Shown here: one piece after another, positions 40,998-62,731 of the stretch
Layout: the number at the start of each line of letters is the position of its first letter
How positions within the stretch are numbered: the first letter of the stretch is position 1
Assembly (NCBI GenBank): GCA_037447605.1
Contig: CM074822.1
Location: 457,492-521,491, forward strand
Reading direction: 5' to 3'
Source: Zygnema circumcarinatum SAG 698-1b
Taxonomy: Eukaryota; Plantae; Zygnematophyceae
DNA length: 64,000 nt
The notes under the pieces: generated by a model
The model's database searches: none
Told to the model about the DNA's origin: nothing
The model's input: only the letters and a program-made list of their open reading frames with translations
Program-made: the position numbers and the translations under genes

Positions 40998-43940
40998 ATG
41001 GCTTCCATACCCCACTCCTCTCCCTCTCCCTCTCCCTCCCCCTCTCCCTCCAGCTGCACTTCCTCTGACACCCACAAGACCCACGTGTCTCCCTCTCCGC
41101 CGTCCGATTCCCTGCCACCTGTCAGCACGGGTGTGCAGGTAGTCGAAGTGGGAGTGCCCCTATCCCCAAGCTTCCGCCTTGTCTATCTTGACTCCCATGG
41201 GTCCGGTATCTCCCCATGGATGCACATCCCTCTCCACAACAGGGAGGGCCATTTGCATGTTCTTTGTACCACTCCCCGGGGACTTTCTGCCCAGCTTGAA
41301 GTCTCTAGAAGGGAATTATGGACCCCTCTCAGACACAGATTACGACGCAAAAAAGTAATTTTTTTCGCACATTCAAGCCCTTGGAATTATGGAATTTTGC
41401 CTCAGACATGGGCTGACAGAGAAGATCATGTTACAGACCAAGGAGGGCTGCCTGCAGATAACCAACCAGTGGAGGTGGTGGAGATTGGAAGCAGGTCGAG
41501 GGTTTGTGGGGAGGTTTATGCAGTCAAAGCATTGGCTGCTTTTGCAGTGATTGAAAAAACGAGTTTTCAGGTTGCATGGAAAATTGTGACTATTGCAGCC
41601 GACGATCCGCTTGCATTGGAGTTTGGGAGTGTGGCGGATGTTGCGCAGAAACGTCCCGGAACGCTTGAGAAGGTTCGGGAATGGCTCAGAGTTTGTCAAT
41701 GTTCTCAGCCTGGTAAGGGGACTGAAACCCTAAAATGGATGGGTTGTGGGGTGAGGGAAAGGGCGGGTGGAGGGAGGGGGGGAGGGAGAGAGGGAGAGAG
41801 AGAGGGAGGGAGGAAAAGGAGAATGGAAGGGGAGTGATTGGTGGTGAGGTCGGTGTGAGTGGATGCCCAACGATTATGCTTTCATGGCGGTTTTCTTTTT
41901 TAAAGTCTGCAGACATTACTTTCTGTAGCCATGCATATATATATCTCTTCCTCATGCTCACCCTCTCACTCCCTCTCCCCCATTCGCTCTTTCTCCATCT
42001 TCCCCTCCCCCCTCCCCCCTCCCGCCTCTCCCTCCCCCCTCCCCCCTCTCCCTCCCCTCCCCTTTCCCCTCCCCCTCCCCGCCTCCCTCTCCCCTCCCCC
42101 TCCCCCTCTCCCTCCCCCTCCCTCCCTCCCCCCTCCCCGCCTCCCTCTCCCTCCCCTCCCCCCTCTCCCTCCCCCCTCCGTCCCACTTCCCCGTCCTCGC
42201 TCCCCCTCCCCCCTCTCCCTCCCCCTCCCCCTCCTCCCTCTCCCTCTCCTCTCCCCTCCCCTTCTCCCTCTCCCCTCCCCCTCCCCCTCCCCCTCCCCCC
42301 CTCCCCCTCCCCCTCTCCCTCCCCCCTCCGCCCCCCTCCCCCTCCCCCGTCCCCCCCTCCCCCCTCCCCCCTCTCCCTCCCCTCTCCTATCTTTCTCCCT
42401 ACTCCCTCTCCGTACTCCCTTTCCCTCTCCCTCTCTCTCCCTCTCCCTCTCCCTCTCCCTCTCCCTCTCCTCTCCCTCTCCCTCCTCCCTCTCCCTCTCC
42501 TCTCCCTCTCCCTCTCCCTCTCCCTCTCCCTCCTCCCTCCCTCTCCTCTCCCTCTCCCTCTCCCTCTCCCTCTCTCTCCCTCTCCTTCTCCCACTCCCTC
42601 TCCCTCTCTCTCCCCCGCCTCTCTCTCTCCCTCTCCCCCACTCAACTCTTTCAGACTCCCACCCCACCGCGATCAATCTATTTCCAGCCACTCCCAACCT
42701 TGAAACTGAAACTGAACCTAAAACTCCCTTCACCTTCTATACATCTCCTGCAGAGGACAATGAGTACCTTTTCGGAATGAACGAGCGAGCGGCGGATGTG
42801 AAGGAGGCCATGACCGCCATAGCTCAAGCTCATGCGAGTTGGCAACTTCTTACAGCCGACTGTCCACCCCATGAAAGCATCCCCCTTGAGCAGTCCATGT
42901 ATGCGCCATGGACATGGGCCAAAATTCATGGAATTCCACTTCATGTGCAGCTACAGAGTGCTAATGTTGACAATCATGAGCGAGACTCCATTAGGGTTAA
43001 GGATTCAGATTCCACCTTACTTCGCGGGTTTGATAAACTTCCAAAGTTTCTGCAATCTCCCGGAAAGCTGGGAAGGCCTGCATACTTAGAACCCAAGAAG
43101 GTAGTAGCTGAGAGAAGCTCAGGAAACCACTCAGAGCCGATTAGGAGGTCAGGAAGTAACAGCAAAGGACCGAGAGAGGAGGTAGAGAGGGCATGGAAGG
43201 AGGCAGAGCGGAATCTTGGGGTGAGAGAGGGAGGGAGAGGGACAGTGGGAGAGGCTGAGGTTGGGTGGGGGAGGAGGCAGGTGGGAGAGGGAGAGACGGT
43301 ACAGGAGAGAGAAGATGAGAGGAGACAGAGTGGGAGGCTAATGCATATTGGGGAGTTGGGATCATATGGAAGTGTTCCTGCTTTAGTAGATGAGGGAGTG
43401 AAGAGGGGGAGAGGGGGACCTTCTGAGCACCTTCACAACAATTATAAGTTGGAGCACAGCGATCCCGTGCGGGAGAGAGTGGAGTATCGTCAGATGAGGA
43501 GGGAGAGAGGGGGTGTGGGAGTGGGAGTGGGAGTGGGAGTGGGAGGGGGAGGGGGAGGGGGAGGGGGAGGGGGAGGGGTAGTGATTCAGCCCCATTCTGC
43601 TCTCAAGTACAGAGTGACTTACCCTATGGCATGGGGGAGAAGCAAAGAGCGAGTGAAGAGAGTATCGTGGTCAGAGTTTGTGGAAGTGAGAGAGATACCT
43701 GCGAGAGAGAGTGAGGGAGATGCAGAGAGAGAGGCTTCAAGCGAGGGGAATCCACAGATTGAATCATGGCACGGCCTTAGTCCCAAACCTCGCCGGAGGG
43801 AATCCATGGCGGCAGGAAGCTCCAGTTCGAGGGGTTCAGGGTTTTACCATCCTCCTCTTCCAAATAGTAAGGAGTTTGCAGTGACTGAAGATATGCTATT
43901 GAGGCTTAAGCAGGCGGCAAGGCAGCGACCCCTCGGATGA
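40998..43940 (+). CDS. Family I soluble pyrophosphatase-fold protein (PPa6-like) with degenerate active site and a ~350-aa C-terminal extension; 2 exons (40998-41712, 42754-43940)
   Basis: [60 protein letters not shown] are collinear with plastid PPase; the intron CCTG|gtaagg...ctgcag|AG is in phase. Confidence 0.8.
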
Positions 43941-46900
43941 AAAATTGACCTGCTTCTCCTTCAATAGCATAAACAACAGAAACATCATAGGACTCCTATG
44001 GCATATTTATTTATTGTTTTTCAAGCTTGAGATAGACAAGCTTGTGTAGGGATAAGCTCGTAAGTGAGCAAAGGAAGGTGATTCCAAACACCTCTTTCTC
44101 CAGAGGGAGTATGCGCATGGACATGGTAGGATGAGAGAGAGAGAGGGAGAAAGGGAGAGAGATAGAGAGAGAGAGTGAGAGTGAGAGAGAGATAGAGCGA
44201 GAGAGAGAGTGAGAGTGAGAGTGAGAGAGAGAGTGATAGAGAGTGAGCGAGAGAGATAGAGAGAGAGTGAGAGAGAGGGAGACAGAGAGAGAGAGAGAGT
44301 GAGAGTGATATATAGAGAGAGAGAGAGAGTGAGAGAGAGAGAGCATAGTCCTTTATAAGTCATGTGCCACAATAAGACCATGTCTCACAAAGGGCAATAC
44401 GCAATACTTTGGACTTGAGCTCACCTTTGCAGAGTGAGTAGAAATGTAGATGTGGGGAAGAACCATGATGAAAGGTTAAGGCTTTGAGGGCAGAAATATG
44501 AATGTATTCTTTGGCATATTCTTTTCCCCATTCTTTAAAAAAAAAAAAAAAGGGGGCATAGTATAGGCTCACAGGTTTAAGGAAAAAGCTTTTCTCTCCA
44601 TAGCTGGCACTATAAGTATTAGCTGAGCCCTCCCATGCTTGCAGTTGAGACAAACGGAGAGGGCATTCACATGTGACATGGCAAGAGGCAACATCGGAAA
44701 CCACGAGGAATTGGCCACATGCGTGTGGGTTCCTGTTCAGTTTATTCCAGCCTATCCATGTGCAGTGGTGGGCTTCAGTTTTACGGTTTTGAGAGCACAT
44801 GGAAAAGCCCATGGGCTAGCCATGGCCATGGCCATCCATGCATGCTTGCATGCATGCATGACTCATGCTGATGGAATGGGTTCCGTGGACCCATGGCCAT
44901 GGGATGGGCTAGCCATGGCCATGGCCATGCCCATGTGCATGGGTCCCCGTGGATGCATGGTACTATGGGCTATGAGCGAATGGGCGGGCCATGACCATGG
45001 CCATGCCCACTCTCTCTCTCTCCCTCTCCCTCTCTCTCTCGCTCCCTCTCTCTCTCTCATGGCCATGGTGTCCATGGAAATGGATGGTTTGACATAGCAT
45101 GCATGCATACACGAATGGTCTCGGGCAGGTCCAGTGAAAATTTTCATATGGCAATTAAACGGACTGTGATTGGCAGGAAAAACTCCGCCTGTTCGCCTTT
45201 TTTCGAGACCGAAAAAAAAGTGAAAAAATATAAATAATATTTTGTATTTGAAGCTGCGGCTGCCCGGCTCTTCTCGCGTCGGATTTCAAAGTTCTGGACT
45301 GTCTGACGGCGCCGCCACTTTCGCAGGAGGTTTTTTTTGCGGTATAATTTTGGAATTACTTCTGACCGAGAATCTGCAAACCAGTTTGCTGGCACAAGTT
45401 TTTGGCAAAAAACCGAAAAGCCGACCGACACCAAGGAGAAAATTTCCTGAAGCTTTAAATTTGGAGCTATTTTCAGACATCGTCCAATGAAAAACTGCCA
45501 CGCTAGGGAAACTGTTTACTTGGCGAGTTCTCATTGGCTTTTGGAATTTGGTCGTAACGGAGAAAGGGGACAAAAAATTCCAAACTTTTTGGTTCGCCTA
45601 GAAACTAGAAACCGACGAAATTCCCAGTTCGCAGATTTTACCCAAAAAGCAGACATCAGTTCCTAGGGCAGAATGAACAAAATCTCACTCCAGAATAATA
45701 ACTTTACAAGCCCTTCAACCCCTCCAAAATTCCGAGCCAAAATTCCAATACCCCTTCCGGCATCTGCCCGTCCCTTTCAAGTCCCACTCAAAACATTTGT
45801 TTTCCCTCTGCCCGTCTTTTTCTACCCCATTTGTATCCGTCCGTCGACCTCCATTTTCTTTTTTTTTTCCGGCTGCCCGTAGGCGCGTCCTCCCAAACCG
45901 GCGTGGCCGCGACAGCTGAGCACTCGGCCAGCCAACTGCTCGCGAAATCGCAGCCGTCCGATCTGCCACGTTGCACTTCGTGATTGGTTTTCTTCCCATC
46001 CACCGTCCGTCACACGTGCGAAAGCCGGCGCCCTGTCCCTGCGGTTCTGTACCTGCGGCGAAGTCTTGACAGGCGGAGTTGGAGAGGGCGAGTGGGGGTG
46101 AGAGAGGCAGGGAGAGAGAGAGGGAGAAGGGGAGGGAGAGGGGGAGGGAGGGAGATTGGGGAGGGAGGGAGGGAGATTGGGGAGGGAGGGAGGGAGAGGG
46201 CTCTCCAGACCATGGTGGGCGGAGCAGGTCTGCGCGTTTAGCGCTGCGAGGAGGCGCCATGAGAGGGAGACGGAGGCGCTGAGGGAGTGGAGAGCGAGTG
46301 AGAGTGGAGGGAGGGAAACAGGGAGGGAGCTACGCAGCAGGAGGAGAGACAGAGAGGGGGAGAGAGGGAGGGAGCAAGGAGAGGGAGGGAGGAGCGAGGG
46401 AGAGGGGAGGGAGAGAGTGAGGGAGGGTAGAGAGAGGGAGGGAGTGAGAGGGAGAGGGTCTATTTGAGTGGGAAGCAAAGCGAAATCCAGCAGGAAATCC
46501 GTTTGGATGCACGTGACGTACATTTTTATATGCCGGCGGAAGCCCTGCAAGCGGCTGCTCTCACTGAAAGAGATTGGACCCTTAGAATTTTTTTGGAGAG
46601 AGAGCGAGCTCGTTGCTCGGACGCATTAAAGAACTAAGCTCTATTTTTGGTCTCGGTGAGTCCCTTCGCCTCCAACATGAGCATTTTGTATGATTCAACC
46701 TGTTGGTTATATGCAAAAGCTGATTTTTATTGTTCCATTCTCATGACTTTTTCTTGATGAATTTTCTGCCAATAAAGGAGATCATGTGGTCGATATATCG
46801 CGATTATGGACTATGGATCATGGGCATGGCCGACATAACATGATGATGGGCTCGTGATGATGGCAATGGGTGCTATATCATAGAGCATTGTGTATGTATG

Positions 46901-47941
46901 CATGCATGCATGCATGCATGTATGTATGTATGTATGTATGTATGTATGTATGTATGTATGCATGTGTGCATGCATCATAGCGCTTTCCACATACCACATG
47001 CAGAGTCATGCATGGACATCTCTGAAGAAGGATGTTAATCTTAAGCCATTCATTTAAAGGAATGTCTTGCGTCTACGAGGATTTTTTTTCTCACAAAATT
47101 CTTTGCACTGAAAAAGAATCCGGAAAGAGTATGACTTCTGCCATGTGTATTTCATGTGATATGCGTGGTGTGATGATAACCTGTTTTTGTCGATCTCAGT
47201 GCGGCCGGGCGTGAGGGTCAAAACGATGTTGGTTTTTTTGTATGTATTTTTTTTGTATGTCATCTCACATCCTCGCATGTATGCTCATCGTTGGATGTTT
47301 ATCTCAATGCTGCCTAAAGTATATGATGTCTGCCGGCATGCAAAAGTGATATTGATTAAACCCTAGAGGTTTATAGGGGTAATCGACAGTCAGCTAGATC
47401 TGATGTGACTTGCTGACTGTTGATTGCTAAGTTTGAATAATTCTTTGTCAAAGAGATTACATGCAGAATTGTGAACTTGCATTTTTTTCTGTCTTTCCTG
47501 TCTGAGATCTGTTACACCTCTCTGTGTGTGCAGAAAACTCGGGCTCTCAAACGATAAGTGATTTATGCTGTACAGGATAGTGTATAGCAATCAGAGCTTC
47601 CTTGAAAGCTGTAGCGAACCTTTGGTTTCCCTAAAACCAGCTTCCATCCACTGAATTTCGATTATTCACCGGCGAGGTTGTTGTAGATTTATTTGTTCTC
47701 CTTTGGTATATAATTGCCCTTTCTTCCTATTCAGTCGTCGCCATATATCTGATCGACTGCCCGAGCTGATGCGAATGCTCACCTTTTCGATGGTCAGTTT
47801 TTGAATCAACGAGCAGTGGAGGGGAGATACTGAAGTTGTAAGCAGCATCTGAACCGGAGTTTAAGTCAAAAGTTTTGGTAGGTCGGTCGGTCGGTCGGTC
47901 TGTTGACTATAGCAATCTCCAAGAGGAGGATTGCTTTTTCG

Positions 47942-50187
47942 ATGGCAGAAGCACAGGCTATAGTTGCTCTCAATATGAATTTGGAAGAGCAACTTCCAAG
48001 GGAAGAGGAGGAGGTTTCTAGTGCTGCACCCGGACAGGTTCGTGTGGGCGGAGCTGGAAGTAAGCTTCATCCTCGACCACAGAAAAGGTGAGAGAGAGTG
48101 GGTGTGAGAAAGAGAGGGAAAGAGAGGAGAGAGAGGAGAGGGAGGGGGGAGGGAGGGAGGGGGGAAGGGGAGGGGGAAAGGGGGGGGGGGAGGGGAGGGG
48201 GGGAGAAGGGCTAGGAGGGGGAGGACGGGGAGATAGGGAGGGGGGGAGTTGGGGGAGGGGAGGGGAGAGGCGGGGAAGGGGGAGGGGAGAGAGTGGGAGA
48301 GAGGGGTTTTCGGGAACTATGGGTGGAGTTAGCATAGCATAGAAGATAACGGCTTTTGTGTCTTTGAATGCGCAATGTTGTAGTATTGCTGTTTGCTTGT
48401 TCTTAGAAGCTGTTGTAGTTTTTTCATTCTGCAAATACGCCCCAGTAGAAGGCATGTTTTGCTGATCTGCGTCGAGTGGTTTTCTTTGTTGGCTTTAGGC
48501 AAAAGCAGGGGAGGCAGAAGGAAGAAATTGGGCTGCCGGAGGATGGCTTTCAGTGGCACAAATATGGGCAGAAGGCAATTGTGGGATCAACTTTCACTCG
48601 GTGAGTCAAAAGGGTTCTTGCAATGACATTCTTTTTTGGGCTTTTCATAGCGGAATAGATTGCTAGATTTTTTGCGCTGTCTATTGAAATATGAGTAGCT
48701 TCTTAAGTCTGGTGGTATGCATGCAGCATGCTGTTATTGTAAGCATGGAGAGATGTCCAGTTCCCACCTGTGCTTTTGGTACATAGACTTTCTTGACTTC
48801 TTTATGCAACATGTTGATTTCTAGCGGTTCTTTGGAATGTTGCTTTACCTCTTTGTGGCATCCTTTCCATCGTCCACATACCCTCTTGCTTAGTTAACTC
48901 ATTCCTTTGCAGAAAATCATGTTTTTCGTAACATTTTGCCAGGCTTGCTTCTTACCTTAGGCCTCCGTCCACCTGAATAGTACGACAGTAGACCGACTAA
49001 CCAGCTGACGAACTTAAGTGACTAAGAAAGTGCCCTTCTCTCCCCCCCCCCCCCCCCCCCCCCCCCCCCNNNNNNNNNNCCCCCCCCCCCCCCCCTCTCC
49101 CCCCCTTTCTTTCCTTTCCAGAGCCTATTTCCGTTGTGCTCAGCGTCAGTCAGGTTGTCCCGCAAAGCGGCTGGTCGACCGTGACAGGCAAATTGTGAAC
49201 ACTTTCCGTGTGACTTATGAAGGGGAGCACAACCATGATCCTCCCACTCAACCTGTGAGACGAGTGGTAATGTACAGTGCTTCAGCCCCTTCTGCTCACC
49301 TCCCAATCTCTGCTGCCTCATCTTCAAGTGAGAGTGCAGTAGAGCCTGAAGGGGCAGACCCAATGCGACCCAATTTAGAAGCAGGACATGGGGTCACATT
49401 TAGGGCCCTTCTAGGGGCTGAACCCCAAGCAGCTGCAGACTTAGGTGGGGCTTTATCTCTAAGCACAGGGGCAGGCATCAGCCCTAGAATGATGCCGGGA
49501 GGTAGCTATCCTCCACCGGATTTCAGCCAAGACATGTATAGACGCATGCTCTTTACGGCTGTAGGGAGTGCCTATCCATGGCAGGCTCAGCAAATGAGTC
49601 ATATGCCTCCCCCAGCACAGGCTCCCAGTATGACTCATAGGGTTCAGGAAATTTCCCATAGTCCAGGACTGTCAGCAGAGGCAAGCCATGCTCAGGCAGT
49701 TGCAGGGGCTGCAGTACAGGGATGGGTTCAGGGTTGGGGTCAAAGCTTAGGTCAAATGCAGTTTCAGCAGCCCCCACAGTTGGAGCCTTTGTCGAGATTA
49801 GGGAGAGGGTTAATTCCTTCCGCCCCACCTCCCACACCCACATTTTGGAATGCCCCAAATCCTAGAAGTGGGGTTCCGGGATTGGGTATTGGAAGCAGTG
49901 GATTCTGGAATGCTGCAGGTCAAATGCAGGCTCAGGTTCATGGGGAGATGCGGGTGGGAGGGATGGGAGGGAGTGGAGGCTATGAAGGGGAGCATGTTGC
50001 TAGACCTTCGCCGGTAGGGCATGTACCCAAACTTTTAGGGCCTGCTTCAAGTGTTGGACAGAGTTTGGAACAGAAGCCGCGAGTGTTGCCTCATCTCAGG
50101 GAAGATCAATTGCTGCAAGTGAAAGGGAATCCCGAGATAGAAGAGGAAGTTGGCGAGTCTCCGCATGTGGGGCCCAATGGCAGCTGA
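47942..50187 (+). CDS. WRKY transcription factor, single variant domain (WHKYGQK; C-X6-C-X23-H-X-H); exons 47942-48087, 48499-48600, 49122-50187 (start codon uncertain)
   Basis: EDGFQWHKYGQKAIVGSTFTR|AYFRCAQRQSGCPAKRLVDR...TYEGEHNH; phase-2 intron in the Arg codon (R-type WRKY intron). Confidence 0.9.
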
Positions 50188-52021
50188 AGGAAACTGAGGG
50201 TTCAGCATCAGCCTTTTGTTGGGAGGGTTTGATCAGTGCCAAGAATAATCAAAACTTCTCCTTTGAAGCGTCCCCCACCCCCCCTTCCTCCACTGTGCTT
50301 TCTCCGGGCTCGATTTTGAAAAGGCAGCCATGCTTAGCATTCCATTTCTTGTTGCGGAGGCTTTTGTAGATGTATGGGTGCATGCAGCTCAGAGGGCTCA
50401 TTGGGGCATGGCTTACCATTGCCATCCATCTATAGCCATCCATCTATACCCATCGATCCATACCCATCCGTCCATAGCCATCCTTTTGGCCGAATGTCTC
50501 TTGTTTAGAGACGCATTCACTCATGTTCTTAGCGGCGGTTTCAGTTGGTTTTTTAATTCTTTTGAATAGAGGGCAGTCGGTGCTTGAAGAAGAAGAAGAC
50601 GAAGAAGAAGATGAAGAAGTAGAAGGAGAAGAAGAAGAAGAAGATTTAGAAGAAAAGAAGAGTCCTTTAGGAGCTTCGGCTCTCTGTCAGGCAGTACAAT
50701 GTGCTGAGCTGGACATGGGGAGGGGAGGGAGGAGCAGAGGGGGCTGCTCTTTTGTAATGGGCAAAACAAAGGGACTATTTTGTAATGAAACTATCCGGAT
50801 GTGAATTTTGTTTGATGAGATCGTCATACTTCGTGGGGTGATCGCTTGATTGGTTAAAAACCCCAAAACCCTGACGAGATTGTCATACTTCGTGAGGTGA
50901 TCGGTTGATTGGTTTAAACCCTAAAACCCCAAAAATCCGTAAAACCCTAGACACCCTAAGGACCCTCAGAACTTCAGAGGTTGAGAGTGTGATAGCTGTG
51001 CTTTCTATGTCTCGTCCAATATGTCGATAAAATGGGAGTGGAAAATGGGCTCCACAACAATGGCTCCTTCATTCCTTTTGGGTTTTAAACCATAAACTTT
51101 AATACCGTAAAACCTTAAACCTATAAACCCTACAACCCTGCAACCGTAAAACCTGACACCTCGGAACCCCAGAAATTGTTGTACGAGTGGAACTTTCTCC
51201 ATTGCGAACTATATATCTCGAGCATCGTCCAATAAGAATTTGCCACGTATACAATATTGCATACGTGGCGAATTGCCATTGGTTCCAGACTTTGAGCCCG
51301 AATTCGTCGCTGCCTTGGATAGTGCATGAAATCCATGTTGGTAACTTTTCGCCACAACAACATTTGTTGAACCAGTCGTTGTGTTCTCCCAAACTGCGTC
51401 CACAGAGCTCCCAAAAATTTGGAGCCGCGCGTGCGAGAATCTCTCACACCTGTAAAGGAGGCCTCTCATTGGACCGCGCTCGGGACGTAGCTCAATTATT
51501 GGAACGTTGAAAATTGACACAAATACAACTACGTACATTGCAATACCCATTTCTGGTATATTTTCACTTTTGCAACATACCGATTCGGCTGTGTTTGCAA
51601 ATGTCGGTCAGCGTCCCGGGCTGCCACGTCAGCAGGACCGGACGGCGACCCCCTGACATCCGTCGATCGAGTTTCCGAAAAAGGTCGGCGGGTCGCCTTC
51701 GCAATTGCATAATGCTGACGTGGCGGTATCGGATTGGTCAGCCAATGAAAAATTGCCACGTCATTTCCTTGCACGATCGTAGTGGCCATTCGTCCCTTTC
51801 CGCCTCCAGTCGACAACTGGCACTCCCTCTCCCTCCCCCTCTCTACTCCCCTCCCTCTCCCCCTCCCTCTCTCCCTCCTCCCTCCCCCTCCCCCTCTCTC
51901 CATCCCTCCCTCTCTCACCACTCCCCCTCCTTCTTGAGAGAATCAGCCTGAGGCCGACAATTTTGCGGAGCGGCTGCAAGGCCTGCGAGGCGATCGAAAA
52001 AGCTGCAAGGAGGAGGCAGCC

Positions 52022-60846
<8,825 letters not shown>

Positions 60847-62489
60847 AAACCCGCCGCTGCCTCCTATTCCTATTAGCTGCTCCTTTTAAGAAAAAGAGAA
60901 GAAAAGTAAAGAAAAGTAAAGAAAAGAAAAGAAGAGCTTTCCTCCAACATGGACCCTTCCTTTCATCACACATTAGGACCCTCATTGTGAAAGGTTTCAG
61001 CGCGAGTCTATGTTGATGAAGTTCCGTTCACGGCAACGGAAGCGTGCAACGGAAGCGTGAACCTTCTTAACTGGAACGGAGGACGGCGACCCACGTACAT
61101 AGAACCTGCAGTCTGTCGGTTTGGGCGGCATCCTGGGCAGGCCAATATGGTCAACAATCTGGTCAACGATCTGGTCAATTGAGTCGACCTGTTGTTAGGG
61201 GATGCTGGTTAGCAGTGGTCAGTCAGGCAGCCATGGACGAGGACGGAACGGTAACTGACATCGAGCAGCACCATGGAGAGGACCACTCTCCTTTCATTGG
61301 AATTAGGGTTTTTAGGATTTTTAGGGTTTTAAGGGTTTTTAGGGTTAGAGAGGAGAGCTTTGTATTCATTCCCCCAACAGTCTGACTATCTTCTGACTAA
61401 TTTGACTTGGCTAGACTTGACCAAGTCAGGCTGAGCTCAAATTGAGTCGAGATTGGCTCTATTTCCTCTTGGGACGATCTATTTTCGCTATTTCCTATAT
61501 TATAAGTAGGTAGCTCTAGCGGACGGCCTTTCAAACAAGTCCCAACAGCCCATTGTTCATACAACTTTCCAAATTCTAAGCCTTTGGTTTTCACGCAATA
61601 TTGGCCTAGGGAACAGTGTGTTGTTGAGAAAACATGAAACGTGAATGGGATTTGGGCTCGGCTTCACATTCATTGATATTCAATTCAGCACCAGCCAACT
61701 AGAACCCGCCACGTGTAACATTCTGCACACGTGGCGAGTTTCTATTTGAAGAAAGATAAGACAACAAGCCAATCACAATTTGCCACGTAGCTAGTATGTC
61801 ACGTGTCGAATTGTGATTCGCTTCCCAGCTGTACCTTCAAGGTATCCCTCCCGTAAACTATCTTTGGCGCCAAACTTTGGCGCGCTTGCAAACAAAACAA
61901 ATTTAACGTATCTGCGACCGCCACCAAATAAGTCAAAAAATTCTGGCACATGTTTTGTCTGGTACGCCACAGATGGAACTACCGTACGTGATAAATTTGT
62001 CTCTTTCCCCAAGGGTCAAAAACATTTGTCTTCAACGGATAGTTCTAACAACTCGACCGACCTCGATTTAGCCGCTAACGTCCAGTCTGTTCGTACGGTT
62101 TATTGCTTTTCCGTACGATTTGTCGCTCAACAAGAGCCTTGCCAGGTGTCAAACGGAAGTAGCTCCGCAATTCACGGTTAGTCACCTGGCAGTCGCTGGC
62201 TGAGCCACGTACGTCTATTGATACGTGGCGGAATATAATTTGGCCACGTGTCAGAATTGACTGTTGAAATATGGGACTACTTGGGCCACTCCACTGGGAA
62301 CCTTTTTTTTTGAAGATCGTCTAATCACAACGTACCACGCGTACACTCTTGCGTACGTGGCAGGATACCATTGGAGGATTTTCCCGAGGGAGGCGGCCCC
62401 TTTTTGGAGACGACAAGGGCGCGAGGGCGAGCAGATGACGGAGCCCAGAAGGACCGCATCCAATCAGATCCTGAAACGTGTAACTTGTG

Positions 62490-62660
62490 TACACGTGGCA
62501 CTCTGCCATTGGGTTGGGAGGGAGCAGACGGCCCTTCCTGGAAGGAAACGAGAGGACTTGACCGAACTCAAGGAACAACGTCCAATCGGGACGCGCCACG
62601 TGTATATTTCTGCCTACATGGCGATCTCCCATTGGCCAGCACTTTCCCATATTGTATAAA
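62490..62660 (+). promoter_or_regulatory. Lipocalin proximal promoter: two G-boxes and a TATA box
   Basis: CACGTG at 62492 and 62597; TATAAA at 62655-62660, about 72 bp before the ATG at 62732. Confidence 0.5.
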
Positions 62661-62731
62661 GTAGCAGGAGGAGGTTCAATCTCTGAAAGGGAGGGAGGGG
62701 GAGAGAGGAGCAGTTGGCTGAGCTTGAAGCC

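Noticed and set aside
41931-42753. N-terminal half of the 669-aa ORF 41931-43940
   Set aside because: It is the pyrimidine tract of the PPase-like intron; coding resumes at 42754.
50523-50804. Acidic ORF (EEEEDEEED...) downstream of WRKY
   Set aside because: Driven by a (GAA)n tract, with no recognisable motif or supported splicing.
51130-51510. Short ORFs and an imperfect hairpin (atttgccacgtat...atacgtggcgaatt) upstream of aroDE-2
   Set aside because: No TIR/TSD boundaries or protein motif could be defined; probably an old repeat relic.
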